Shown here piece by piece: positions 27,842 to 42,802 of a stretch of DNA of 64,000 nucleotides; within the stretch, counting starts at the first letter, position 1, and every line of letters begins with the position of its first letter. The position numbers and the translations under genes are program-made. The stretch lies in NCBI RefSeq assembly GCF_009914755.1, contig NC_060939.1; one strand, given 5' to 3'. The notes beneath the pieces are model-generated. The model searched no databases. It was not told the origin of the DNA and saw only the letters and a list, made by a program, of their open reading frames with translations. The stretch is from the human T2T-CHM13v2.0 reference genome, Homo sapiens.

Positions 27842-28131
27842 TTTTTTTTTTTTTTTTTCTGAGACAGAGTCTCACTCTGTCACCCAGGCTGGAGTGCAGT
27901 GACGTAATCATAGTTCACCGCAGCCTTGACCTGGACTCGAGCAATCCTCCCACCTCAGCCTTCTGAGTAGCTGGAACCACAGCACAGCACCTGATTAATT
28001 TTTTTTTTTTTGGTAGATATGGGGTCCCATTTTGTTGCCTAGCCTAGTCTTGAACCCCTGTGCTCAAGTGATCCACCCACCCTAGTTTCCCAAAGTGCTA
28101 GGATTACAGGCACTAGCCACCACACCTGGCC
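27842..28131 (-). mobile_element. AluJ-like element with 19-bp TSD
   Basis: J-type 'atcatagttcaccgcagccttgacc..gcaatcctcccacctcagcc'; TSD ctattttcttatcattctt at 27823-27841 and 28132-28150. Confidence 0.93.
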
Positions 28132-28299
28132 CTATTTTCTTATCATTCTTATTGCACTTCCTGTGTTCTTTTTATTTCTCACCTGCATGAAAGTAATAAC
28201 TTCCAGAACAACTTCCCCAATTTTATCTCTTCTATCTCCAGATTATTTTAGGGACTTTAGCTAATGGGTATCTCCTATCTAATGGGTAACTCTAATCAT

Positions 28300-29105
28300 A
28301 ATACTGTCCCACCCAGAAACCTTCAATGGTTCTCCATGGTCGACATGACAAAGTCGAATAACCTCACCCTGACAGTCAAGATTACCCACAAGCAAGGCCC
28401 AACTTGTCTGTTGAAACTGATTCCCCATTATTCTCCTTCAGACCCTCTACATTTCAATTTCAATAATACTCTTCATGAGGCCTCTGCATTCGTCAGCTTC
28501 CCCACCTTTATTCCTTGGCTTATGTTATCCCAAATATTTGTTTTCACACCAAAATTCTGCCTTTATTTCAAGATCTACCTCACATGTCACATTAATGACA
28601 CACCCTTACCTCATCCACTCCCCTCCACACCCTGCTTCTGCCACTGAACTGCTAAGGTTCTTATCTGAACCATTTTAGCTTGTGTTTATTTATTCTTAGA
28701 CCCATCTCATCAGTAATACTACAACATTTTTGAGAAGACAGAGTCATCTTAATTCTCTTTGTATCCTTGTAACAAAACCATAATAACATAAACATAGTTC
28801 CTCCAACCCTGTTGTCTTTCTTCCCCTGGTGAACTCGTATTTAAATCTGAAAACCTATTGTGGATATCACCTCTTCCAGAAAGCCCTTCTTAAGACCTCA
28901 GGCTGGGTTATGTGCACCTTTGTGTTTTCATTGCCCTTTGATCATACTTTCATCTTAGATCTATACCATTATAGTCAAATTATATAATTATAAGGCTGCC
29001 TCCACTATTAGATTAAAAGCATCCCCCAAGGAATTATCTAGCATTAAATTCCCCGAGTCTTGAATGATGGCTGTAATTTTGTAGGTGCTCAGTACATTCT
29101 GAATG
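28300..29105 (+). mobile_element. L2 3' fragments (probably two tandem pieces)
   Basis: 'aaaccttcaatggttctcc', 'tcacctcttccagaaagccctt', tail 'gtaggtgctcagtacattctgaatg'. Confidence 0.6.
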
Positions 29106-30859
29106 GCTCTGTAAGGGCTCAGATCCATGACAGCTTTCTTGGTAGTGTTGGAGAGGGTGTCTCCAGTAGATGAAGGCAGCTTAGATAAGATTTAGAGAGA
29201 CCTTTTTGAGGTGAGCAGCCACAAACTCTCCCAGTTGCAGGGTTCTAAAACTATACTCAGCTTTGGCTGTGTCATCTTGAACTCCACAGCTGCCCCCATT
29301 TATAGCTGCAGAGTAGCTCTGTACTTAAGTGCATGAAGAGAAAAGTATCTTTGGTAGATTTCAAAAGAGTTAGGATGGATTTGAGAAAGTAGCAAACTTT
29401 TAAAACTCTTATGCTTTTTTAGACACCTGAACCCCAGTTATGTGCAGTGGGATATTTCTCATGGTTCTCCTCAAACCGACCTTGACTGAGTGTTCCTAAG
29501 AATTCAAGATTGATGGATACAAGACTGTTTTAGGTCACAACCATTGCAATTTCCAGACATCTGGCCTTGAAGTGAGGCCACTGACAGTCCCATCACCTCC
29601 AACTCACAAGTCCATTGAGCTCTATTACTGAGTATAACTGCAGTGCTCTGAACAGGAGGGGAAGATTGTTCTGCCTTAGATTGTAATCAGCATGGACTAT
29701 TTCCTTTTATGTGCTAAATCCTGACTCTACTGCTGGGGAGGAGCATAAATGCATGTCATGTATAATTCAGCCTTACCTGTTTAAGATACAGCTCTATATT
29801 TGTATACAAAATTATGTTAAGACTGAACATAGGATTCCTGAGGCTGGATAGAGTGGAACTGTGTCTCACCAGGTCTGGTTAATTACAGAAAGCCTCCTGG
29901 AAGTTATTTTCCGAGAGATGAGAGAAGTATTTGACCAGGAAAAGGATAGCTATTTCAGGTACAGCATGCAACCTCATGTAACGAGAGTTGGACAGAGTTG
30001 AGCAAGGCATGCAAGGAAAACAGTCAGATTCTTTGGCTAGAGCAAGGATTCTGAGTGGGGAAAACAAATGATTAAGTCTCTAAGGATGGGGAAGGAAGGT
30101 CAGTAATTGATCTCTCTAGAATTTAGATTAAAGATATATTTTGACATAATGACAACAGGGAAACATTATAAATTATGTGTGGGAGAGAAGCATGATTAAA
30201 ATATTTTTGAGGAAGATTTTTAAAAATCTTTTATATTAAAGATAGTAAAGAGGAATGAACTAAAACTTGGACATCATGAAGGGGTTTGCTACATTAAATG
30301 TATGAGCTGATGAGGCATTAATCTGAGGATGACATGCCATCATTACCTGTCCCATGACATACATCCCTATTCAAATGCAGAATGCTTTTGGAGTGGCACC
30401 GGAATCCTTCTCAACACAGTCCTCTGGGTACCCTTTACTGATCAATTTCAGTAGGCAAGCCTCATGATACCTAAATGCTGTCCGTGGTTTAGAGAAATGA
30501 TACAACAAGGGCCATTATGTACCAGTCACGTGCAGGATATGTATTAACATTAATAAAATGGCATTCATAGGATACCATTAATATTAGTGTTAATATTAGT
30601 TAGCATGAATAGGATGACATGGACATAGGGTATGAGGAAAAATGATGAGTAGGAAATGAGTGAAACGTAGAAAGCTAAGCGACTACAAAGAGTTGTTCCA
30701 AGAATGTAATAGAAAAATGTGGGAGGATTTCTTGTTTTGATAAAAAACAAGTGAGAAGTTATTTATTAATCCATTAGATCTATGTTAATGGGAACATATT
30801 AACTAGATAGAAATGGCTTAGAGAGAGGATAAAATATTAAGGTTGATAACTATTATTTC

Positions 30860-31080
30860 AACACTTTCAATAAGTGTATATTGAGAAATTACTCTGTATT
30901 CGGCATATGTTTGGCAGCTTGGAATATATCAGTGAAAAAAGTAGATATAGATACTTGCTCTTGTTGGTGCGTGAATTCTAACAATGGGAAAGACAAACAA
31001 TGAACAAATGATATAACAAATAATCAATAGTTTATTAGAAGTTGATAAGTACAGTAAAAGTTAGAAAATGTATAATAGAA
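30860..31080 (-). mobile_element. L2 3' end
   Basis: 'ttcaataagtgtatattgag..tactctgt..ggaatatatcagtgaaaaaa'. Confidence 0.55.
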
Positions 31081-34000
31081 TAAGGATTATTAGGAATTTG
31101 GGGGCATGGAGGGAATTTGGAGTCATTCATTTATAAATCTTCACCATTTGACCTACTGTCAGAATATTTGCTGGAAAACCTCATACAACTTGAAAATATT
31201 TATAACTAATTTTCTCCTCTCTAATCATAAAGACTCACTAGCCATAGACCCTTCAGACTGCAAAGGTATGTGCTACGGTTTTTTAGGAGACCAGAGACTG
31301 ATCAACTTGATTCACATACTGACCTTGTCACCTTCCAGGAAAGGAAAATTTAGGTAGTGGTTGATGAGGACAGAACATTTGGCTCATTGGAGTCTCCATG
31401 TTTCTTTCATGGATAAATTTATGAAATTTGTGGCTGCTCATTTTCTTTATTCATCCAAAAGATGAAGAGAGCATCTTGCCTGGTTTTGCCTACTCAGGAC
31501 ACCAGAGTCTTAACTGTAATAGTCAGGTTTATAGTCCATTCAAATTTCTATCAATTACAGTACCAGGATGTGATTTTTAACTCAGGATGTTTTAAAAATC
31601 ATAGAAGGATTTGTTGAAGGTTTAAACCTACTCTCTGGAATGAGAGAACTATATGAATTTTAGTATTCAGTTACCATGGGGACTATATTTACTATAGAAC
31701 AACCATAAATATCAGTCAGCAGAGTTCAATTTTCCATCTTCATGCCTATCTAAGTAAGGATCTGTTAAAAATCTCTTCATTTTCATGGCCAAGGAATATT
31801 GGCTATGCTATCTCAGTCTCAACTCTTCCCCTCTCTTATTGTTTCTGTTTCTTGGAGCTTCTTTGGTTTGCTGAAAATGCCCTGCTTCGTTTCTTTCATA
31901 CCAGTTGTGGGTTTCTGATTTCAGGGCCCTTGTTGATACATTCTTGGTCTTCCTGTGTGCAAAAATCTTAAAGAGCACTTCATGTTGAACCTTTGCAGAG
32001 ATATTTGCTTATCTCACCAAACTGCAGGTTGCCTGCTTTACTTGTTAGCCTCAGAAGTGTCTTGGCCCTGCAACTCTTCCCACACAGGAGGGCTCCCTTC
32101 TCTCTGTTCCTTTTGGCACAATCAACATTTTCTCTGCATTTTGTAGCATTCTAAGCATACTGTGGCAGCAGGAAGGGTATTTTCAGTCTCTTTTTGGCAG
32201 TAGGAGTTATCTTCTGCCTGGCACCAAGCTGAAAACATTCTCCATCGTGCAGTACTTTGACATTATCTCAGCAGGAACAGTGCGGAGGTACTTCCTGTGT
32301 TGCACCATTAAATATCCCTGCCTCACCAACAGCCATTTAGGGACACTTCCTGTGTAGCATTATTAAAATTCCTGTGCCAGCAGTAGCAAGGCAAGGCTAT
32401 TTCTGTGGTACTTTCGAAACACCTCCTATGTAACATCACAAAGAGGATTAGCGCAGGTTATGGTTTTGATTAAACATTTTGTTTCAGAGGCCACACAGCA
32501 ACTTAGAATCCTATTGTTTATTTTATTTCCAATATTGTTGGAGTTCTTCACAAGTATATAAGATATTATTACCAGTTAGTTCATGAATTTAATATTTTAT
32601 CCCCTAATCAGAGTCACTCAAGCCATGAAGATCCAGGCAGGTAAATGGAATCCCATCAGATTTAAGGCCTGAAGTAACCTCTGAATTTATAATAACATTC
32701 AAGAAGGAGGCAAGGCCTACACTATGTATATCCTGTTTTCAATTCTGTTTCTCATTCCTTAACAATAAATAAAAATACAGCCTAAATTTTATCACTCTCA
32801 TGAGAATAGTCATTTTAAAGAGAAGTTTCAAATTGTACAGTTGTGGGGATTGGAGAAGAAAATGAATGCCATGTGATGTCCTGTGGGATAAATCCCAATT
32901 CTAGTTGATTGATTTGAAAGGTTGTTTTTTAAGCCTTTTCCATTTATTTGTCAAGGGTTACATAAGGATGTCTATAGCACAGCACACTGGACAAATACAT
33001 CTTAAAATAATGTAATGATTTATGAATACTTACGAATCTTTAGAGAACACTTCAAATTGGCATTTATGTGTATGTGGCTTTTATGCTACAGGAGATTCAC
33101 CAATTTCTTAATGATATAAATGCCATATTTGTGTCACTATGACTAAACGAATTATTATACATGTGGTCAAAATCTGAGTCATTATGACCTGCAAGGCAGG
33201 CACAAAAGAGATAAATATTTATAGGTCCATATTAAAGTAATGGTCACATTGAATGAAACCAACTAATATAGTTTTGGTCACATCTGTGTTTCTCAGGATA
33301 TCTAAACATGGTTTATTTTTTGAGAAGTAGTTAATATTTCAGAAGACAGAATAAACACAAAATGACCACAATTAGATAGAAACATAACTGACACCCACCC
33401 CCATTCAAAAAAAAATGAAGATCACCAGGAACAGGCACATAATAAAATATTTTGCAGAGAGAGTGAAATAGTCTGGTTTAATCGCAAATGAATATATACC
33501 AAAGAGAGTCATACAATACTTAAGCCAAAGACAGTTATGGCAGGCTCCATTATATTATATATCCAGCTTTCTAGAATGATGTCATTAAATTGAGTTAGCT
33601 TGACCACTGTCCAGAACTGATGACACATTGCAAGAAAAATAGCAGAAAGCCCAAGAAAGCTAGCCTGTAACTCTCACAAGAGTGGCAGATAGGCATAGCA
33701 CCGAGCCACAGTGCTATGGCTGTCTGTGCCATATTTCATGTAGCCAAGAGATGTGGCACCACTCTCTACAGTGCACCCAACTTTGTGAGCACTTTCATTA
33801 GCCACTGTTAATATGAGGAAAATAATATTATTTTTCAAAAGGAGCCAGAAAGATTGAGTCCACAGAGCTAATAACATTGCTTATTTTAAGTCCACAATAT
33901 TAGACTGTGTTTGTGTAGACAATGAAAGGACAAGATGTCCAGAAAACCACTCCGTAGTAAACTAAGCTAGGGCAATAGGGCCAGGTATGAGAGTGTGGTT

Positions 34001-34189
34001 AGGAGAAGTATCTCAAGTGTCTAATAAAGCCAAAGTCTGCTAACGTCCATAGTCATGGCTACTGGGAAAGTGGGATTGTGGATATTTTGTGACCAGACAT
34101 AAGAACTCATTTTTAGTTAAAGCATTTTAAAAAAGTATACAAGGCAGAGTTGCAAACAATCTCAGCCTATGAAAAGGACAGCTGCAGTC

Positions 34190-34300
34190 AATGTTCCCAC
34201 TAATATTTTCCATCCGTGTACTGAGTGAATTTGTAATGTGCAACTCATGTCAAGAAAATAAACAGATGTGCACCACAAGCGGAACAACAATGAAAGAACT
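34190..34300. promoter_or_regulatory. Candidate compact enhancer core
   Basis: TTCCCAC (RBPJ), ATGTGCAAC (C/EBP-like), AAATAAACA (FOX), CAGATG (E-box), ACCACA (RUNX), GCGGAA (ETS core) and AACAATG (SOX) within about 100 bp. Confidence 0.45.
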
Positions 34301-35249
34301 TACATAGATTTTTATTAAGATTGAACTTTTGATGTTGATTCCACTGGTAAGAGAGCACTGTAGGCAAAGGTCTTGTATTTATAAAGTTATCTCCTATTGA
34401 GGAAGATGAAGATGTCAATACTCCCCAACAGAATGCTTTGAGCTCTTTCTAGTAGATCTGTGCCAACTCTGAAACACCCTCTCACCCATTTTCATTATGA
34501 GCTCAAGTGCAAGGTTGCCAGACAGCTGGACGTGCACTACAATGAAGAAAACAGACCTACCAAAGAACTACATCTGTTATCTTGGCCTCATATGCACCCT
34601 GCTGAAACCAGCTTTTCCACCTGGCCAAAGACATGGGAGAGCATACTCATATGTTAATGAATTGTTGACCTTAGGAAAGTCTTTGTAACTGAGTACGTAC
34701 ATTTTTATAGGAGAGAAGAATTTAAACTAAGGATTTAATTGATGACACAGGTGCTAAATCTGTACTACCATTGACTACAGATGTAATGCATGGTTTAAAA
34801 ATTTCTTCATAACTTTCCCCCATACATGCTTACCACCTTTATTAGCCCTGCCATTCCCTGAGCATCCTACAGTCAAGGCATATGTACTGTTTAACTTTCC
34901 CAGAACACACTGTTATTTTTAAATAATTATTTCTTGGGCAACTACTGTGTAACAGGCATAGTCTCTGTTTATACTGTCGTCTTTGCCCTCAAGTCTAGTG
35001 AGGCAAGGCAATATTAAATAAACAAATATGCAAATGAATATTTAAATCAAAGTGTGATTTTTTACACAAGGAACACATTAATACATTCTTTTCGTAAAGA
35101 CAATCAAACAATATACAGATACATAGAGTGAAAGGGAAACAGCCTAGATTGACCAAGACTTTCAGTTGCAAGTGACATTGTGCAAGAGATGTGTACTGTA
35201 ATCGGCATCCCCATAAGAACCTTAGAGAATGAGGGAAGAATGATCCCCT

Positions 35250-36500
35250 CAAGGAAACTGCAGGAAATGCTAATTGCTAATCAAGTAGTTCTATCGATGC
35301 CCCTCCCTCCAACCCCTCTTCTTCTAAGAAACTCACCAGCATAAAAATTCGTGTCTTTCCAAGCCTTTGTCCACACATTTATAATACATGTACATGTATA
35401 CATGTATAGTTACATCTGTACATATGTATTCAGATATGTGTGTCTACATGTATGAGACTGTGTATGCATATGCATATCTATACATGTATGTGTATGGCTT
35501 CCTTTTTAAAAATCATAAGTTGGATTACACTATATGTATTGCTAGTTTCCTTTATTTAACAACACTATATGTCACTTTTCTATGTCAGTAGATATGGATC
35601 TATTTCATTCTTTTGATGGCTGAATCATTTGTCATAGTAAAGATGTATGACACTCTACCTAATTCTCTCCCTATTTATAGATATTTAGCTTGTCTCTAAT
35701 TTTAGGTTACAGTGCTTCACTGACCATCCTTACAGATGCTTCTGTATGCACACATGCAAGTATTTCCCTGGTGTTGTTATCTACATGTTATCTAGTCTGT
35801 GTTGCTTATGAAGGTTCTTTCAACTTCAATATTATAAAATATATTACCTTATTTATTTTTCTTTTATATATGCAGCTCTTTCCTTCATCTGGGTTTTGGT
35901 GAGTGGTTAGAGGCAAGAATCTATTATCTGTACCACCAAATTGCCAGTCAACATCATTTATTGAAGAACTGTCTTTTCCTGGCTGAATTGAGGCCCACCT
36001 CCCTCACACACTAAATCTCTGATATACATGCACCTGTTTCTAGCCTTTCTATTCTGTCCTGTTCATCTGTTTGTACATTCCTGAATCAGTCATACTGTTT
36101 TTTACATTTTTGTTTCTGTCATCGGTATTTTTGTTCTGATTATACTGGTAGTATCTTCTTTGCACATGGTTGAAAGGGTGCAGAAATACCAGAGGAAACA
36201 TGAAAAACCCTTTCTTTCTCTCATTACTTGCCTGCCCTTCTCCCAGCTGTCAACAGTTGGGAGATATTATTCTGGTGTCCTTTTTATCTGTTTCCATATG
36301 TACATGAAGCTTTATAGACATGTCTGGTTTTAGTCTTTTTATTAATATATGTAGAGTTATGCTATACATGTGATTTTCAACTTGCTTTTTGTCACTTAAC
36401 ACTCTTGGAGATCTTTTCATATCAAAGCATACAGTTAGATCTCATTTTTGAAAAAAAAACTGCATGAGATTCCATAGTACATAGTATGTACTATGAGATA
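35250..36500 (-). mobile_element. Degraded L1ME-like 3' fragments with a TA/TG low-complexity tract
   Basis: 'atctatttcattctttt..ggctg..ccctattt..atatttag', 'caacatcatttattgaaga', and a (TATG)-like tract at about 35385-35495. Confidence 0.6.
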
Positions 36501-36569
36501 TTTACTCCTCTTTTTCTGAAAAATACTGTTTTAATTCATGGAGCTTTATAATCTTCAAACATGTAGGGC

Positions 36570-36910
36570 AATAGTAGGATGACTTTTGATTTGAGAATCA
36601 GAAGAGAAAGCCTGAGACTTGAGGAAGGGAGGGAGTTAGCTAGAGGAGGAGTGGGAGGAAGAGCATCTGTGGCAGAGGAAACAATGTGCAAAGACACTGA
36701 GTGTGAATGAGCAGGGCCTGGAAGAAATTCTCAAAGATGCCTTTGTGACTAGAGTGTAGTAAAGGAAGAGAGGGAGACAGTGAGATAAGGACTGAGAAAT
36801 AGACAAGGGTCACACTCTTAGGGTCCTGTCGATTGTTTAAAGGAATTCATATTTTACCCTAAAACGGTGAAGAGTAGAGAGTAATTGAAGACTTAAGCAT
36901 GGAAGTGATA
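36570..36910 (-). mobile_element. L2 fragment
   Basis: 'gaggaagggagggagttagctag..ggcagaggaaacaatgtgcaaagacactga'. Confidence 0.7.
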
Positions 36911-36913
36911 TTC

Positions 36914-37973
<1,060 letters not shown>

Positions 37974-38259
37974 TAATAACATTTCTTTCTTGCAGTTGTT
38001 AAGTAGTAGCTTAGATATTGCATCTGCTTCTGTGAAGGTTTTCCAGTTGTGCTCAGTACATTTTTTGCTGTCTGTGTCACAGTAGATATCATACTATTTT
38101 GTAATCACTTACCTGTTTGTTATTCTCCTTAGACTTTCAGTTCCTTGGGGGAAAGGACTATTTTGTTTTCATTTTTGCATCTCCAGGACCTGGAGTAACC
38201 CATACACATAGTGAGTGCTCAGTATGTATTTAACTTATTTGATTTATAAAATTATAACA

Positions 38260-39620
<1,361 letters not shown>

Positions 39621-41584
39621 TAAATGGAAATAAGGTAAAAGAGAGCTATGCATATAACAATAATATCATACAAATGAAGACTAAGACTGATCTAATTAAG
39701 TCAATTAACTTGAGAATATAAATATTTCAAAATGAGCTTGGTTAGTAGTTTTGCCAAAGAAATCTCATTCTATGTAATTCATCTTCTCTTTGGTCAGTGC
39801 TCTAATTGTTCCTCATGGTTTGTGCCTGCCTAGAGCAGAAGGCAGATAAAAAAAGTAAACCCCAGTGGTTGAATTAATTAATAAACTCACAAATTTGGCT
39901 TCTACTCCTTTCTATTGTAGCTAGTTATTAGCTTTGTAAAATGGTGGGTCTTAATCATGAATGCTGGGTATGAGGCTTCAGAGTTTTAGATCCTGCTGTG
40001 AAATTCAAGATGTAGAAATTCAAGAAGATGGTAACTTCCCAATTAGTGGTTATGATAGAAATAAAGGCAGATTATCTTAATGTAAGAAAACACAGGAGAA
40101 ATCTTGGCCATAAAGTATAAGAGTTCCCTAATTACAAATGTTCAGTTCAAATGCTGTGACATGAAGTTAAACAAAGTGAAAGATAAAAGTCCAAATTAGA
40201 CTGAAAAATAGATAAATCTAAATTAGACTGAAATTGAGATAGAGAAAAAGAACAGAGATGTTTTCCATACTGCAGAGTCATATTATGGAAATATAGAGTT
40301 GTCTCTACAATTCCTGGCAAAGGGAGCAAAACTGAAAATGCTATTAATACTTTAAAAGTTCTCTCTCACTCCCTATCCACAAGGGAAGGAAGTACACATT
40401 TCTGAGGCAAATGTACAAATTGCTTGTCCCAGCTCTTTGAACATTTGATCTTTAGCCAGGACCTTAAAATGTGTATATTTATTACACAGCACTGCCTATA
40501 TTTTTATACCTTTCCAAGCAATATATAAAGGTGTTTTGAAAAACTGCTTGAGAACCTGAATATGGCTTTGTTTCTTTTAAGCATTTAGAACACTCTGGAA
40601 ATACCTTAAGTGAATTCTTAAAATTGTACTTAGGATGATATTTGGAATGCCATATTCTGTATCTACATATGTTTTTATAGGTAGCTAACAATGTCTGGGT
40701 ACTAGGGGTTTTATGGAGGAAGCATTGGCATAACTATAACCGCTGCCCCTTAAATGGAAGCAGCACAGTATTACAATAACCTTACAATGAATGTTAGGAG
40801 AAAGAGTCAACATTTTGCATATATTTTTGATAGTTGTCTGAGTCCCAACTTTGACTTAAATATTGTCAAGTAAGACTCTTTTGAAGAGTCTTTGGGGTAT
40901 TAAATTCTTCCATATCCGTTACCAAGGTCCTCTGAGCAGGACAGCAGGAGAAACAAGAAAAAAAACTAAGAGCTTACTCCTGCATCCAACCCACCATGCT
41001 AAGCTGGAATGAAAGACACAGATTTCAAATCAAAAAGCTTGTCAGCAGAACAGGAATTGAGCCATTAGAGTAAGAATTGACCACAACAATTAGATTCTCC
41101 ATATGTCCGCTAAAGGTCCCCATAGGAGGTTCTCATCCCTCATGCTTGAGATACTGTAACAGGAATGGTGGGCACATCAGCATAAGGCACAGGTGAACAA
41201 CAGCCCATTCTTGGAGTTTGATATTCACATAGGGAAAACTGTGGCCCTTGGAAACACACCTCTGTGGAGAAACACACTATGTGAAATTTTGTTAGCAACT
41301 CTCACCTCTCAGTCTTTTCATTTTGTGGTCTTTTTGTTGGCAAGTAAAAGCATCATCAGGGTCAATGTGGAGGCTTCTCTTTAGAATTGAAAACTTGCTC
41401 TATCACAATATCTTAGCTAGAAAGGCACTTTACAATATATCTGAAGCAGTTACCAATGCTGGGCATTGGAAGAAGATTAGCCACAACCCAGCATTCACAG
41501 ACACCCTTGACGGAGAATCAGTCAGTACACTGAACAGTAATTTACATAAAAGTCATACATATGTATGTGAGCTCACAATTACAC

Positions 41585-41810
41585 CACCTAACAGTTTTGA
41601 GTGTTTTCTATTTGTCAAGAACTCTGTTACCTGTTTCATGTGTATTATTTCACTTATTCGTTATATTTTTGGGAGGTAAAATTACTACAATCTCTTGTAT
41701 AGAGGTGAGGAAACTGAAGCTAAGAGAAACAAAGTAATTTATCCAAGACTGATTCCAGGTCAGCCTCACTCCATAATTCATACTCTTGATCATTTTGCTA
41801 TTCTGCCTAT
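41585..41810 (-). mobile_element. MIR
   Basis: 'tgtattatttcactt..tagaggtgaggaaactgaagct.agaga..aagtaattt'. Confidence 0.7.
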
Positions 41811-42711
41811 CCTAGGCTTTCTGTTGGAAAGTGCATTGGAGTTCTTTGTAAAATTCATGGCCAAACTGTTGGGAATGGAAGGTAATTTGCAAAACAAATT
41901 GAATAAAATCTGCAGTGGACAATTCAAGTCCTAAATTTATGCAACATGAAAACTTCAACAAGGCAAAGAAAGTCAGCCAGAATGATATTATGCATATGTG
42001 TCACATTTTCTTCAAAGTCGGTTCCATTCCAAAAAGCAAAGAAGCTTCCCACTTGGAAGTGTATTGAGTATCCAAGTGCTTGCTGGTTCACGCCTGTCTA
42101 CAGTCAACAGTGTGTACTACCAGTTATTACTGTGGCCTAAACATCATCTTGGTGTCACCCTCTCTATTATTCACAAATGTCCATCAAACAGTAAATACTG
42201 GGAATTACTATAAACAGCAACGGTGCAGTTTTGATGGCTATCGCTTTCTATATTCTAGAAATGTAATCTTATACACTACCCTAAAATTGGATATAGCATA
42301 TGAACTCTTTCAATCATGCAGAAAGTGAAAATGTGTGTTATACAGATCACTGCTGTCTGTAAAACAGCTGATGAAGAATCACAAAAGGAGTTCTAGATGT
42401 CCTAAAGAAATTTCTAAGCAGCATTAAAATCTCAAGTAGAGAACATTCCAAAGGTTTTTCTGTACTGAAATTCAGGCTTTAAAAGTTTTCCCATTAAGTT
42501 TTATGCATCTTGAACATAATTTGTTAATATATAATTTTGGGAATTTTGAATATATATGACCAGTGAATAGTTATTATAATGTATTTAGCATGATGAACAG
42601 TTGCTGAAGGATTTGGCAGCATATTTTATTATAATTCAAAATACTTGAATTCTTTTCTCTTATTTTTCTTCTAACCTCTAAAGTACATTTAAAAATCTGG
42701 AGAGTGGGATG

Positions 42712-42714
<3 letters not shown>

Positions 42715-42761
<47 letters not shown>

Positions 42762-42767
42762 CTCCAG

Positions 42768-42799
<32 letters not shown>
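42715..42799. repeat. (AT)22 and (AC)15 microsatellites separated by a short spacer
   Basis: Directly visible. Confidence 0.95.

Positions 42800-42802
<3 letters not shown>

Noticed and set aside
32135-32445. CRISPR-like repeat-spacer array
   Set aside because: Eukaryotic context, degenerate units, irregular spacing and no cas genes.
40872-40892. 9-bp stem hairpin AAGACTCTT-ttg-AAGAGTCTT
   Set aside because: Expected by chance in 64 kb; too short for a miRNA or snoRNA precursor.
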